Below, in pieces: positions 1 through 9,307 of a stretch of DNA of 64,000 nucleotides. Origin of the DNA: a bacterium (GTDB taxonomy: Bacteria; UBA8248); contig OZ244799.1 of the NCBI GenBank assembly GCA_965219955.1, forward strand, positions 1,376,001 through 1,440,000, written 5' to 3'. Both the position numbers and the translations under genes were made by a program. The notes beneath the pieces were generated by a model that was given only the letters and a program-made list of their open reading frames with translations, was not told where the DNA came from and ran no database searches. How positions within the stretch are numbered: position 1 is the first letter of the stretch; each line of letters starts with the position of its first letter.

Positions 1-2035
1 GAATCAAGGATGTGCCATGATGTTGCTGAATTAAATCGATGATCTCTTTGGGCAGTTTATGGCTTTTGGCAAGTTCGACTCCCTCTTTTACATGGCTGAT
101 CAGGATGAGCGCGCTCATATTGGGCTTGAGTCTGTCGTGGCGGTTTTCCCGCTTCTGGTTTTCAATGAAATATTCCGGCTTCATCATCTTGCCGATATCG
201 TGAAAATAAGCACCCACGCGAGTGAGAAGCGGATTCGCGCCGATTGCCTCGGACGCCTCCTCCGCCAGGTTGCCTACGAGAAGACTGTGGTGGTAGGTGC
301 CCGGCGCGCTGACGACCATCTTTCTCAGCAGCGGGTGATTCTGGTCGGCCAACTCCAAAAGACGCATATCGGTCGTGAGCTTGAAAACCGACTCGAGCAG
401 GGGCATGGCGCCCGCCACGATGATGACGTTCGAAAGGCCGCCGAGCAACGCGATGGGAATATCCGTCCACTGCGTAATCGCGGCACGGAAACCCTCCTGC
501 ACATTGAAGCCCAGAGCGAGCGCGGCGCCCAACAAGCCCAGGATCAGCGCCACGATGAGCACGGAAGTTCTGCGCCGGTATTCTTTCCAGCGAATGGCCG
601 CCAGCACGCCGCCGCCCAGGGCGACGAGGCTCAAGTTGATGTGGTTCGGCAAAATCAGCCCGGTCAAAACAGCGGAGAAAACCGCCATCAGCACCGCGGC
701 CGAGCGTCCCTGCAAAACGGCTGCAAGAAGAGAAGCGGAACAAAATGGAATCACATAGTAAAACGAGTGGAGCGGGATTCCCCTGAAAGTTTCATGCAAC
801 ACTTCCGAGAAGAGAATGCCCAGTTTCAGCAATACAGCCTGGCTCAAAAGCAGTATGACAAAAAGCGTCACGTTTTTTTGCGATGATAAAAAGCTCACGT
901 CGTATTTTTGCACACAAATCCATGCCAGAACGAGCAAAATGAAAATCACCAACCCTGTTCCGGTGAAGTTGCCGACCACATGGCTTTGCCGGTAGATTTT
1001 CTGCAGACTCTTGAGTTTTACGATTTGTCCTTCACTCAGTCGTTCTCCCTCGCGAACGATCATCTCCCCTTGCTTGAGAACCTCGGAAACCGGCGGGACG
1101 GAGGCTGCGGCCTTTTCTCTGCTCTCGAGCGTCGCCCTGTTGTTGAACGTCAACGTCGGCTGAACCATCTTCAAGACCTGGGAGACCAGAAGATCGCTGA
1201 CGCTCCGAGGGATTCTGAGGGACATCTTCTGAATTTCTCGCTTGAGCAATTCATCGACCTGCCTGAGTTCCAGGGGATTCATCGATGGGCTGACGGAGAC
1301 TCGATTCCCCGTTCTGATGTCACGCGCCGTCATCCCCTTCGCCGCGTGGGTGGCGTACAATCGCTTATCACTCACAATCTGGCGCGAATACGCCACTTTC
1401 AAGAGTTTGGCGATATCCTCCCGGATCGGGTTTGCGAATCTCTCCTCTCTCAACCAATTCGACAATTTCTTCGGAACAGCGCCACCCACCAGCTTGTGAA
1501 ACGCACTCTCCGCCTTCATGAAGGCAGGCGTAGCGTACATTTCCCGATAAGCTTCCGACTCGGATAAAAGTGACGGGTTCTTCTGTTTGGCGCGTCTGCT
1601 CAACTGCTCGGCTTTCACCTTCTCGAGCTCTTTGTCCACCGTCCGTTGAATGGATTCAAAAGCGCCATTCAATTTGGTATGGACGACTTTTGAAACTTGC
1701 GTATCGATATCGTAACGCGGCAAGACTTTTTCTCTGGCCGCCTGGCGCTTCGCATTCGTAGCGATGGGGTCGACCACGCGCATATCCTGAGGGGCTTTGA
1801 TGTCCCTGGGGACGACATCGCCCACTTCAAAAGACACGCGGGGCGCCGAAAGGTCGGTTGTCAGCAGGAACGAGAGCACAACGGCGAGCGTTCCACCCAG
1901 AATCCACGGGTAAGCCCTTGTGTTGGCAAACGCCAAAGCATAACCCGCGAACAACCGTCCCAGCGACACGAATTGTCGCAAAAAGAAGTTTTTGGGTTTC
2001 CCGGCAGCTTTTCCGACGCCGGCTCGATGAATCAC
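1..2035 (-). CDS. 7TM receptor with intracellular HD(IG) phosphohydrolase domain (PgpH-like); 3' end runs off the window
   Basis: Absent from the ORF track because it is open at the edge. Hand translation of the minus strand gives APGTYHHSLLVGNLAE...GAYFHDIGKM...HVKEG...QQHHGTSLI near 1-330 and VGDVVPRDIKAP near 1800. GTG at 2035 has GGAGG upstream and an in-frame stop lies at 2057-2059. The middle part was not translated codon by codon. It follows phoH, the usual context. Confidence 0.88.
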   Translation of the reverse strand, partial: MIHRAGVGKAAGKPKNFFLRQFVSLGRLFAGYALAFANTRAYPWILGGTLAVVLSFLLTTDLSAPRVSFEVGDVVPRDIKAPQDMRVVDPIATNAKRQAAREKVLPRYDIDTQVSKVVHTKLNGAFESIQRTVDKELEKVKAEQLSRRAKQKNPSLLSESEAYREMYATPAFMKAESAFHKLVGGAVPKKLSNWLREERFANPIREDIAKLLKVAYSRQIVSDKRLYATHAAKGMTARDIRTGNRVSVSPSMNPLELRQVDELLKREIQKMSLRIPRSVSDLLVSQVLKMVQPTLTFNNRATLESREKAAASVPPVSEVLKQGEMIVREGERLSEGQIVKLKSLQKIYRQSHVVGNFTGTGLVIFILLVLAWICVQKYDVSFLSSQKNVTLFVILLLSQAVLLKLGILFSEVLHETFRGIPLHSFYYVIPFCSASLLAAVLQGRSAAVLMAVFSAVLTGLILPNHINLSLVALGGGVLAAIRWKEYRRRTSVLIVALILGLLGAALALGFNVQEGFRAAITQWTDIPIALLGGLSNVIIVAGAMPLLESVFKLTTDMRLLELADQNHPLLRKMVVSAPGTYHHSLLVGNLAEEASEAIGANPLLTRVGAYFHDIGKMMKPEYFIENQKRENRHDRLKPNMSALILISHVKEGVELAKSHKLPKEIIDLIQQHHGTSLI

Positions 2036-2132
2036 GCGACCAACCTCCAGAATCCTTCACGATGAAGGGATCGTGGACGTATCGGCTATATGTGAACGCC
2101 CGGGCAATGCAAGTGCTCTTGAGAGAACTCGC

Positions 2133-3089
2133 TTATAAACTGTGGGCCTCGTATGCAGAAACGATTCTTCTCACCAATTGTGTGCGAACTACGTCCCGCT
2201 CACTGAAATAGACGAAACAGACTTCTTCCAACTTCCCCAAGACGTCTCGGGCGTGAATCAACCCGCACCCGGATGTTTCGGGCAAGTCAATCTGCGTAAT
2301 GTCCCCCGTTACGACCGCCTTGCTCCTGGTGCCAAGGCGGGTGAGGAACATTTTCATCTGTTCAGGCGTCGTGTTCTGCGCTTCATCCAGAATGATGAAA
2401 GAATCATTCAGCGAACGACCCCTCATATATGCGAGCGGCGCTATCTCTATCTCACCTCTTTGAATAAACCGCTCCACCCGCTCGAATTCCACCATATCGT
2501 TCAGAGCGTCAAACAACGGCCTGAGATATGGATTCACCTTCTCCTGCAAATCACCAGGCAAAAACCCGAGCTTCTCGCCCGCTTCCACCACCGGCCTCGT
2601 CAACACGATGCGGGCATACGCCCTCTCCAACAGCCCGGAAACCGCCATCGCCATGGCCAGATAGGTTTTCCCCGTTCCGGCCGGTCCGATTCCGAATGTG
2701 ACCCCTTTTTCGCGAATCGACCTGATGTAATCGCTCTGGACCGGGCCCTTGGGAACAACGTATCGCTTCTTCGATGAAACCGAGATCCGATTCGCCACCA
2801 GGGAGCGGAGCGTAACGTCTTGTTCCGCCGCAACGGTCTGAGCCAGCGTCTTGACGTTCAGCGGATCGAACCGAAACCCTTCGTCCACGCACTCCGTCAA
2901 CTCGTCCAGGAACAGCCGGGCCTTTTCGGCGGCATCGGGCGGGCCTTCAACCACGAACCCCTCGGATACGATTCTGATTTTTACGTCAAACGCCCTCTCC
3001 AATGCCCTGAGAGATTCATCCCGGTTACCAATGATGTGAACCAACCTGTCCGGCCCGGCCAGCGGGCTTGCTGACATCCTCGTCGCCAA
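2133..3089 (-). CDS. phoH: PhoH family ATPase
   Basis: GPAGTGKT Walker A, LTRPVVEAGEKLGFLPGD, APLAYMRGR, LDEAQN, GDITQIDL. Confidence 0.95.
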   Translation of the reverse strand: MATRMSASPLAGPDRLVHIIGNRDESLRALERAFDVKIRIVSEGFVVEGPPDAAEKARLFLDELTECVDEGFRFDPLNVKTLAQTVAAEQDVTLRSLVANRISVSSKKRYVVPKGPVQSDYIRSIREKGVTFGIGPAGTGKTYLAMAMAVSGLLERAYARIVLTRPVVEAGEKLGFLPGDLQEKVNPYLRPLFDALNDMVEFERVERFIQRGEIEIAPLAYMRGRSLNDSFIILDEAQNTTPEQMKMFLTRLGTRSKAVVTGDITQIDLPETSGCGLIHARDVLGKLEEVCFVYFSERDVVRTQLVRRIVSAYEAHSL

Positions 3090-3153
3090 AAGATCAGGCT
3101 CCCCGTATCTGTATGTCTCGGCTGTCTAGAATCGAATTCCCATGCGCCACCGG

Positions 3154-3182
3154 ATCGTATGCTCTATCATTTGGGGCGTCAA
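3154..3182 (-). promoter_or_regulatory. sigma70-type promoter for phoH
   Basis: TTGACG-17 bp-TACGAT on the minus strand in the xerD-phoH gap. Confidence 0.6.
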
Positions 3183-3217
3183 CACGATAACGCCATTATC
3201 GTTTCGTTTTTTATTCT

Positions 3218-4171
3218 CTAGCCCCTCGGGTGGCTCTTGTCCAAAAGCCCCCGCAGTTTTTGCCTGTCCACATGCGTGTAAACCTCGGTGGTGGATATAT
3301 CCGAATGCCCGAGCATCGCCTGGACGGCCCGCAGGTCGGCCCCGTGGCTGAGCAGATGAGTCGCAAAGCTGTGCCGGAATACATGGGGACTCACGCCCTT
3401 GCCCACGCCCGCTTCTTTTGCCCACCTCTTGACCCTCGCCCAGAAAGCCTGGCGGGTCATGGGCCCTCCCCGGCTCGTGAGAAATACATAGTCCGATCTC
3501 CGGGCGCGGAGGAGACTCAGCCGGGCGGTATCCAGATAACCCGCAAGCATTTCTTTCGCCGCATCCCCTATGGGAACAAGCCGTGATTTATCGCCTTTGC
3601 CGTGGACGATGCAAAATCCCGATTCAAGTTCAATCTGGTTAAGCTTGAGTCGAATGATCTCGCTGACGCGCATGCCGGTGGCGTACAAAAGCTCGAACAT
3701 GGCCCTGTCCCGAACCGCCTGCGGCGTTTTGTCGTCGGGCGCCAGCAAAATCCTGGACATATCTTCCTGAGAGAGCGTCTTCGGTAAACGCTTCCACTTC
3801 GCAGGCTGCACGATGTCCGCCGTAAAATCCTCCTTTATCTCTCCATCGCGGACCAGCAACCTGGCCAGCGCGCGAATGGACGCCAGGTGGCGCCGGAGCG
3901 TGGTATCTGATTTCCCCTTCTCCCGCATGTCCTTGAGATAATCGATAACGGTGTTTTTCGACCAATTCGCCGGTGAAACATCCTCGTTTTCCTGCAGCCA
4001 GCAGAAAAACGATTCGATGTCACGCCCATAACTCTCCACGGTATTTATCGCACGGCGACGCTCGATCAGGAGAAAATCCCTGAAAGTCATTAAAGTATCG
4101 GCCAAGCGGGCATCCAGCGATACGCCATGTTTTTTTTCATGATCTTCGGTCGAAACTTTCTCTTTCGTCAT
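3218..4171 (-). CDS. xerD: Site-specific tyrosine recombinase XerD
   Basis: LYATGMRVSE, GKGDKSRLVP, HVFRHSFATHLL, LGHSDISTTEVYTHV, C-terminal HPRG. Start placed at ATG 4171 (GAGG upstream) to avoid overlap with murJ. Confidence 0.92.
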   Translation of the reverse strand: MTKEKVSTEDHEKKHGVSLDARLADTLMTFRDFLLIERRRAINTVESYGRDIESFFCWLQENEDVSPANWSKNTVIDYLKDMREKGKSDTTLRRHLASIRALARLLVRDGEIKEDFTADIVQPAKWKRLPKTLSQEDMSRILLAPDDKTPQAVRDRAMFELLYATGMRVSEIIRLKLNQIELESGFCIVHGKGDKSRLVPIGDAAKEMLAGYLDTARLSLLRARRSDYVFLTSRGGPMTRQAFWARVKRWAKEAGVGKGVSPHVFRHSFATHLLSHGADLRAVQAMLGHSDISTTEVYTHVDRQKLRGLLDKSHPRG

Positions 4172-4188
4172 CGTCCGAACCTCATTGC

Positions 4189-5868
4189 TCAGGATTTGCT
4201 CCATGCGAGGCGGGTGAACCGGCACCAGCAATCATACGAGGAAGAATCTATTTTTTTCGCCGCGAAAATATAGAAACAGGCGGCCAGTGATACTTCGAGC
4301 AGCATCATCACCAATTTCAGAACCGACGAGCCCTGCGAATCCCACAATTGCAGATGAACGAGTTGAAGATGAACGAAATACGCGAGCAATCCCGTCAGGA
4401 TTCCAAGCCCCAGAAGCCTGCCCAGGGAATGAGCCAACTCCTTTTTCGGGAAATCGCTCCATTCCCGCATGACGCCTCTCAGCAGCAACACCGCGTTCAA
4501 AGCGCTCGAGCACGACGTGGCGAGCGCAAGACCGATAAACCCGAACGGAAGCATCAGGGCGACGCTGAGCGCTACGTTCGCGAGCACGGCGATATTGGCG
4601 CACTTCACCGGGAAACTCGTGTTCAATCGAGCGTGGAACACCCCGGCCAAAAGCCGCGTGACGCCGAAAAACATCAGCCCGACTGCATACGCCTGCAAGG
4701 CGGCTGCGCTTGCGGCCGTATGGTTTTGCGTAAAGGCGCCTCGTTCGAAAATGACCTCCATGATCGGATGCGCCAAAGCCATCAGGCCGAACGTAGAGGG
4801 AATCGTGATGAACAGCGTCAGTCTCCCCGCTTCGAGCATGGTGCTGCGCTCGGGGTTTCCGGATGCGGCATTTTCCCTGTTTTTCGCCGCATAATCCGAC
4901 AAGACCGGCAATACGGCGGACACCACCGCGAGACTCAATATGCCGTGAGGAAGCTGAACCAACCGATTCGCATAGTAAAGATAAGAGATGGAACCTTCGG
5001 CCAGGAACGAAGCCAGCCAGCGATCAACGAGAACATTGACCTGAAAAATAGCGCCTCCAAGAGCTGCCGGCCCCATCAGAGCCAGGCATCTGCCGACGCC
5101 CTCCACCCGCCACGGGATGGAGGGAAGCGGCAAAATCCGCAGTTTCCCCATGAAAGGGAGCTGGAAAAAAAACTGCGCAGCCCCGCCGATTACGACGGCA
5201 CAGGCGAGCCACCGGATCGCCTCCGCCCTGGTCACCAAATAACCCGCCAACAAGAGGGCGATGATGATGACCACGTTCTGGAGCGCGGGCGCGAAAGCGG
5301 GCACGAAGAAGCGGCGCGCCGCGTTCAACATGCCGGCCGCGACCGCCCACAGGCCGATAAAAATAATGAATGGGAACATGATTCTGGTCAGTTGCGCGGC
5401 AAGGCGCAGTTTTTCCGGGTTGCTCGAAAAACCGGGCGCCAGCGCTCTCATCAAAGGTTCTGCGAACCAGATCCCGACCGCACAGCCCACGCCTCCCGCG
5501 AGGATGAGAAACACCAACATGCCGCCGGCGAATTTTCTGGCCTCTCTGGCTCCGGATTGTTCACGCACATCGGAGTAGACGGGAAGAAACGAGGAACTCA
5601 GCGCACCTTCCATGAACATGCGCCTGAAGAGGTTGGGAATCGCGAAGGCGACGAAAAAAGCATCGGCCATCATCGCGGCGCCGAAGAATTTAGCGATCAG
5701 CAAATCACGGAAAAAACCCGCAACCCGACTCAGGAGAGTCGCCAGGCTGACGGGACCCGCAAACCTGGAAATGCTCTCCTCCGCAGTAGAGTCACCATTT
5801 CCTGCCGACGCAGCAGCAGGAACATTTTTTTCCCGTTCCGGATTAGGGGATTCAGGTGGTGTGGTCAC
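4189..5868 (-). CDS. murJ: Lipid II flippase MurJ (MviN)
   Basis: SRVAGFFRD, DAFFVAFAIPNLFRRMFMEGALS, LYYANRLVQLP, FERGAF; many TM helices. Confidence 0.95.
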   Translation of the reverse strand: MTTPPESPNPEREKNVPAAASAGNGDSTAEESISRFAGPVSLATLLSRVAGFFRDLLIAKFFGAAMMADAFFVAFAIPNLFRRMFMEGALSSSFLPVYSDVREQSGAREARKFAGGMLVFLILAGGVGCAVGIWFAEPLMRALAPGFSSNPEKLRLAAQLTRIMFPFIIFIGLWAVAAGMLNAARRFFVPAFAPALQNVVIIIALLLAGYLVTRAEAIRWLACAVVIGGAAQFFFQLPFMGKLRILPLPSIPWRVEGVGRCLALMGPAALGGAIFQVNVLVDRWLASFLAEGSISYLYYANRLVQLPHGILSLAVVSAVLPVLSDYAAKNRENAASGNPERSTMLEAGRLTLFITIPSTFGLMALAHPIMEVIFERGAFTQNHTAASAAALQAYAVGLMFFGVTRLLAGVFHARLNTSFPVKCANIAVLANVALSVALMLPFGFIGLALATSCSSALNAVLLLRGVMREWSDFPKKELAHSLGRLLGLGILTGLLAYFVHLQLVHLQLWDSQGSSVLKLVMMLLEVSLAACFYIFAAKKIDSSSYDCWCRFTRLAWSKS

Positions 5869-5895
5869 AAAATTCCTGGCGCCGGGGCGGAGAAC

Positions 5896-5923
5896 TTGAC
5901 AACCCTTTGTTCCGTGGTATTTT
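5896..5923 (+). promoter_or_regulatory. sigma70-type promoter for rpsT
   Basis: TTGACA-16 bp-TATTTT with an extended TG(n) before the -10. Confidence 0.55.
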
Positions 5924-5986
5924 ACCGGGGCTGTGAAACAGCCTCAAGGGAAACATTTCAACTATATTCACGGAGAATGAAACAAA

Positions 5987-6241
5987 TTGCCACATATTCG
6001 TTCGGCCAAAAAGCGCAATCGTCAAAATATTGTTCGCCGCGCCAGAAACCGCGCTATTCGCACGCAGTTTCGCAACACCATCAAACAACTTTTGGATAGC
6101 AAAGAAAACCCCGAGGAACTGCTGAGACAAGCCCAGTCGCAACTGGACCGCGCAGCCACCAAAGGAATTATCCACCAGAAAACAGCGTCGAGACGCGCGG
6201 GAAGATTGGCCAAGCGAATTCACGCGGCCTCTGCGAAATAG
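5987..6241 (+). CDS. rpsT: 30S ribosomal protein S20
   Basis: MPHIRSAKKRNRQ...LDRAATKGIIHQKTASR; TTG start with GGAG upstream. Confidence 0.95.
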   Translation: MPHIRSAKKRNRQNIVRRARNRAIRTQFRNTIKQLLDSKENPEELLRQAQSQLDRAATKGIIHQKTASRRAGRLAKRIHAASAK

Positions 6242-7285
6242 CTAAGCAACCTTGTGCGTTCCGCTTCCGGCGGAGCGCACGTCCACCAAGAACAACTCGA
6301 GCGCCTGCCGAGCCGCCCTCACGTCGCTCGTACGCTTGAGCTTGCGATCCACCTGAAGCAACTTCCCGTACAACTCGCGCAGATGGGTCGAACCCAGCCC
6401 CCTGACCTGATTCTCAAGCCTTTTCCCCACGAAAGGCGGCAGACCCAGCACCTGGGAAATCCCCTGGGCGCCCCGGCCGTTTCGAATCAGGGCCTTTGAA
6501 ATCGTCCAGCGCCTGATCAGATTGCGCAACACACCGACGAAAACAACGGGGTGTTCGGTTTCCATCATCCGGCGCAAGAGAACAAGGGTTCCACTCAAGC
6601 TCCCCTGGCTGAGCGAATCACCCAGCTTATAGAGCAACTCTTCTCTGGAGTGTCCGATGATTTCACGAATCTCATCTTCGCCGGCCAGTGTTCCCGGCAT
6701 CACGAATGAGGCGATCTTCTCGAGCTCGGTACTGAGCCTCATCATGGAGGGCTTGACCATTTCGACCAGCAAACCGGCGGCTTCCGGACGCAACTCAAAT
6801 CCCAACTCCACGGCGCGCCCATGAAGCCATTTCTTCAATTCCTCCCCCTCCAGGCTATCCACCCGACAAACCACGCTCCCCTTTACCAGGCGTTGGAAGA
6901 AAGTGGTCCGCATGTCGATGTTTTCCGCGCAAAAAACAAGAACCGTCGACTCGGACGGGTGCTCGAGGTAAGAGAGAAGGATGGATTCATCCCTCTCGCC
7001 CGGCCTGGCGAAATTGAGAACTTCGATGAGGCGTCTCTCCGCGATGAACGGCAGCGTCTGGGCAATGGCAATGATTTCGGACGCATCCGCCTCAGTCCAG
7101 TCGAAACGGTCATGGTTGAAATCACCCGGCTCATCACCAAAAACCTTACGGCGAACGACGCGCAGGTATTCATCCCGCAAAAAGGAATCCTCACCCTCCA
7201 AAAGGTATACGGGTTGAATCGGCGAGTTTTTCACATCGGATAGCGCCGCCAGGGAACTCTTTGGCTTTTTGCGGCTCGGGGACAA
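6242..7285 (-). CDS. holA: DNA polymerase III delta subunit
   Basis: PVYLLEGEDSFL, AQTLPFIAERRLI, ELEKI; lptE-holA-rpsT context. Confidence 0.9.
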   Translation of the reverse strand: MSPSRKKPKSSLAALSDVKNSPIQPVYLLEGEDSFLRDEYLRVVRRKVFGDEPGDFNHDRFDWTEADASEIIAIAQTLPFIAERRLIEVLNFARPGERDESILLSYLEHPSESTVLVFCAENIDMRTTFFQRLVKGSVVCRVDSLEGEELKKWLHGRAVELGFELRPEAAGLLVEMVKPSMMRLSTELEKIASFVMPGTLAGEDEIREIIGHSREELLYKLGDSLSQGSLSGTLVLLRRMMETEHPVVFVGVLRNLIRRWTISKALIRNGRGAQGISQVLGLPPFVGKRLENQVRGLGSTHLRELYGKLLQVDRKLKRTSDVRAARQALELFLVDVRSAGSGTHKVA

Positions 7286-7286
7286 C

Positions 7287-7823
7287 CTAAAAGCCCTCTA
7301 ACACGAGGCTCACGAGGTCTTCCGACAATGAGTCGGCTGCTTGTTGATTGGCGTTCGAGCGGTTTGCGTCGCTTCGCGCGATGGATGAGGAAACCGCGAA
7401 TTCGGCATAAGACTCCATATCCTGATTGATGAGCAATTTCCCCCGCTCTTTGTCACGCAGCCGTATGCGGGTGCGCACAACGACACGATACTGCAAAGCC
7501 CTGTCAGTCCGGGTGAACCCAATCGGCGAGAGACGGTACTCGCGTAAAACGCCTTCGAGAGCGATATCCGCATCGGGGGAGCCGGAAACCCGAAGGCGGC
7601 CGTCCCGCAGGAACCTTCCTCTCACCGCTTTCGTAACGGCGCGCCCCAGGCCCGGCTCGTTCGTCTGGTTCAGGAATGGTGGTATCGAAATCGTTCGAAC
7701 GTCTTTCAGGTTCCCGGGGCGAAGCGTTCCCTCAAGATCGTAGCCGCAGCCCGCCGCCAGGAAAACGGTTAGCAGGAGTGAGAAACGGAGCGTGCGAATC
7801 ATCCTCAAAAGCACTCCACTCAA
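7287..7823 (-). CDS. lptE: LptE family LPS assembly lipoprotein
   Basis: Lipobox LAAGC-GY, PPFLNQTNEPGL; upstream of holA; start could be 7802. Confidence 0.8.
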   Translation of the reverse strand: MSGVLLRMIRTLRFSLLLTVFLAAGCGYDLEGTLRPGNLKDVRTISIPPFLNQTNEPGLGRAVTKAVRGRFLRDGRLRVSGSPDADIALEGVLREYRLSPIGFTRTDRALQYRVVVRTRIRLRDKERGKLLINQDMESYAEFAVSSSIARSDANRSNANQQAADSLSEDLVSLVLEGF

Positions 7824-8374
7824 ATGAAGACCTCCAGGGAGAGTTCCCGGTTTTTCACGCTGCTAAAAGCAATTTGCTCGCTCAGCGCGACCAGCTCGTC
7901 ATAATTCTCGTCATCCGGTTCGCAGACGAGAATATCGACATCCCAGGGGGTTCCGATGACACCCCGTATCGCGCCGTTCATGATCTCCGTGGCCACAGGA
8001 ACGAAGCCGTCGGGGAGTTGCGCAAAGCCTGAAACCTCCAACGACAAATTCTTCGCCGACGTCTTCATCATTCTTCCGAAAATCTCCTTCGCGCACCGGT
8101 AGAGCTTCGTCAGGGTCAAGTCCTCCAAAGAGCCGACTCCTGCGAACAAAACATATTCGGGCGCGAGTCGCCCTTTTGAAGCCAGCATGGCCTGGGATTC
8201 CCATACACCGCTCAATTTGCCTTGTTGCACCAAGCGGCTCGCCTCGTTTTCCAGCAAGCGATCGATCGCTTCCAACCGCCCCTGAAACGGAAAATCTTCC
8301 ACCGCGAACATGGAAACAGCGGCGAAGCTTTTCACCTCGTGCAATCCCCGAGGAAGCAAGCGAAGGCGAATCAC
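7820..8374 (-). CDS. Stand-alone peptidase M17 N-terminal-like domain protein
   Basis: EDFPFQGRLEAIDRLL...SRLVQQGKLSG...LAPEYVLFAGVG resembles the leucyl aminopeptidase N-domain; no catalytic domain; tightly packed with both neighbours. Confidence 0.6.
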   Translation of the reverse strand: MIRLRLLPRGLHEVKSFAAVSMFAVEDFPFQGRLEAIDRLLENEASRLVQQGKLSGVWESQAMLASKGRLAPEYVLFAGVGSLEDLTLTKLYRCAKEIFGRMMKTSAKNLSLEVSGFAQLPDGFVPVATEIMNGAIRGVIGTPWDVDILVCEPDDENYDELVALSEQIAFSSVKNRELSLEVFI

Positions 8375-8375
8375 C

Positions 8376-8792
8376 CTAGACCGCCATTTTCTCTTGATGG
8401 AGACGATCCAGAATGCCGTTCACGAATCCGGGCGCATTCTCTGGTCCATACCGCTTGGCCAGGCGAATGGCTTCATCCATCGTAACCGCAGGCGGGATAT
8501 CCGGCAGAAAATACATTTCGCAAACGCCCAGGCGCAGGATGCTCCTCGATACAGAATCCATGCGTTCGAGCGACCAACTCGCGCTCGCCTCGGTGAGTAT
8601 ATCGTTAATCTGCCGGTTTTTCTCCAGCATGATCGCCATCAACCTGTCGGCGAACTTTTTTGAACTCTCGCTCGCCGGATGCAACCGCCAGTAACGCTCG
8701 ACTTCCTCCGGTGTCAGACTTCCGATGCGATCCGTATGGTAAAGGATCTGAAACGCAAGCTCTCGCCCCCCCCTTCTGTTCTCGACCATCAC
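8376..8792 (-). CDS. nusB: Transcription antitermination factor NusB
   Basis: [42 protein letters not shown]; follows ribH. Confidence 0.95.
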   Translation of the reverse strand: MMVENRRGGRELAFQILYHTDRIGSLTPEEVERYWRLHPASESSKKFADRLMAIMLEKNRQINDILTEASASWSLERMDSVSRSILRLGVCEMYFLPDIPPAVTMDEAIRLAKRYGPENAPGFVNGILDRLHQEKMAV

Positions 8793-9289
8793 TTCCCCTC
8801 TTCGAGAGCGTCGTTTCCATCCCTGTCCATTTTCGAGAATAAATTCGCCATCTCCACAGCCGCCAGGGCGCCTTCGTATCCCTTGTTTCCCATCTTTGTT
8901 CCCGAACGCTCGATGGCCTGTTCAATCGTATCCGTCGTGACAACGCTGAATATGGTCGGCACCCCCGTCTGGGCGCCCACCTGGGCGATGCCCTTCGTCG
9001 CTTCGGCGCACACCAAATCGTAGTGGGAGGTAGCGCCCCGTATCACGCATCCCAGGCAGATGATGGCGTCGTAATTTTGTGATCCCGCCATCTTCATCGC
9101 AGCCGCCGGAATCTCGAACGAACCCGGCACCTGCACGTGCGCTATGTCGGCCGCGGAAACGCCGCATTGGCGCAAAGCCGTCTCGGCCCCTCGGACGAGG
9201 TGCGTCACTACAAAATCGTTAAACCGCGACGAGACGAGGCCAATCCGCAGGCCCCGCCCGTTGAGATCGCCTTCCACCGGATTACCCAT
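8789..9289 (-). CDS. ribH: 6,7-dimethyl-8-ribityllumazine synthase
   Basis: [36 protein letters not shown]; ATG 9289 with GGAGAG upstream. Confidence 0.96.
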   Translation of the reverse strand: MGNPVEGDLNGRGLRIGLVSSRFNDFVVTHLVRGAETALRQCGVSAADIAHVQVPGSFEIPAAAMKMAGSQNYDAIICLGCVIRGATSHYDLVCAEATKGIAQVGAQTGVPTIFSVVTTDTIEQAIERSGTKMGNKGYEGALAAVEMANLFSKMDRDGNDALEEGK

Positions 9290-9307
9290 GGACTCTCCAA
9301 GCACGTT

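Noticed and set aside
3218-4171. Tyrosine recombinase as a possible phage or island integrase
   Set aside because: Typical chromosomal XerD signature in a housekeeping operon; no att site or phage genes nearby.
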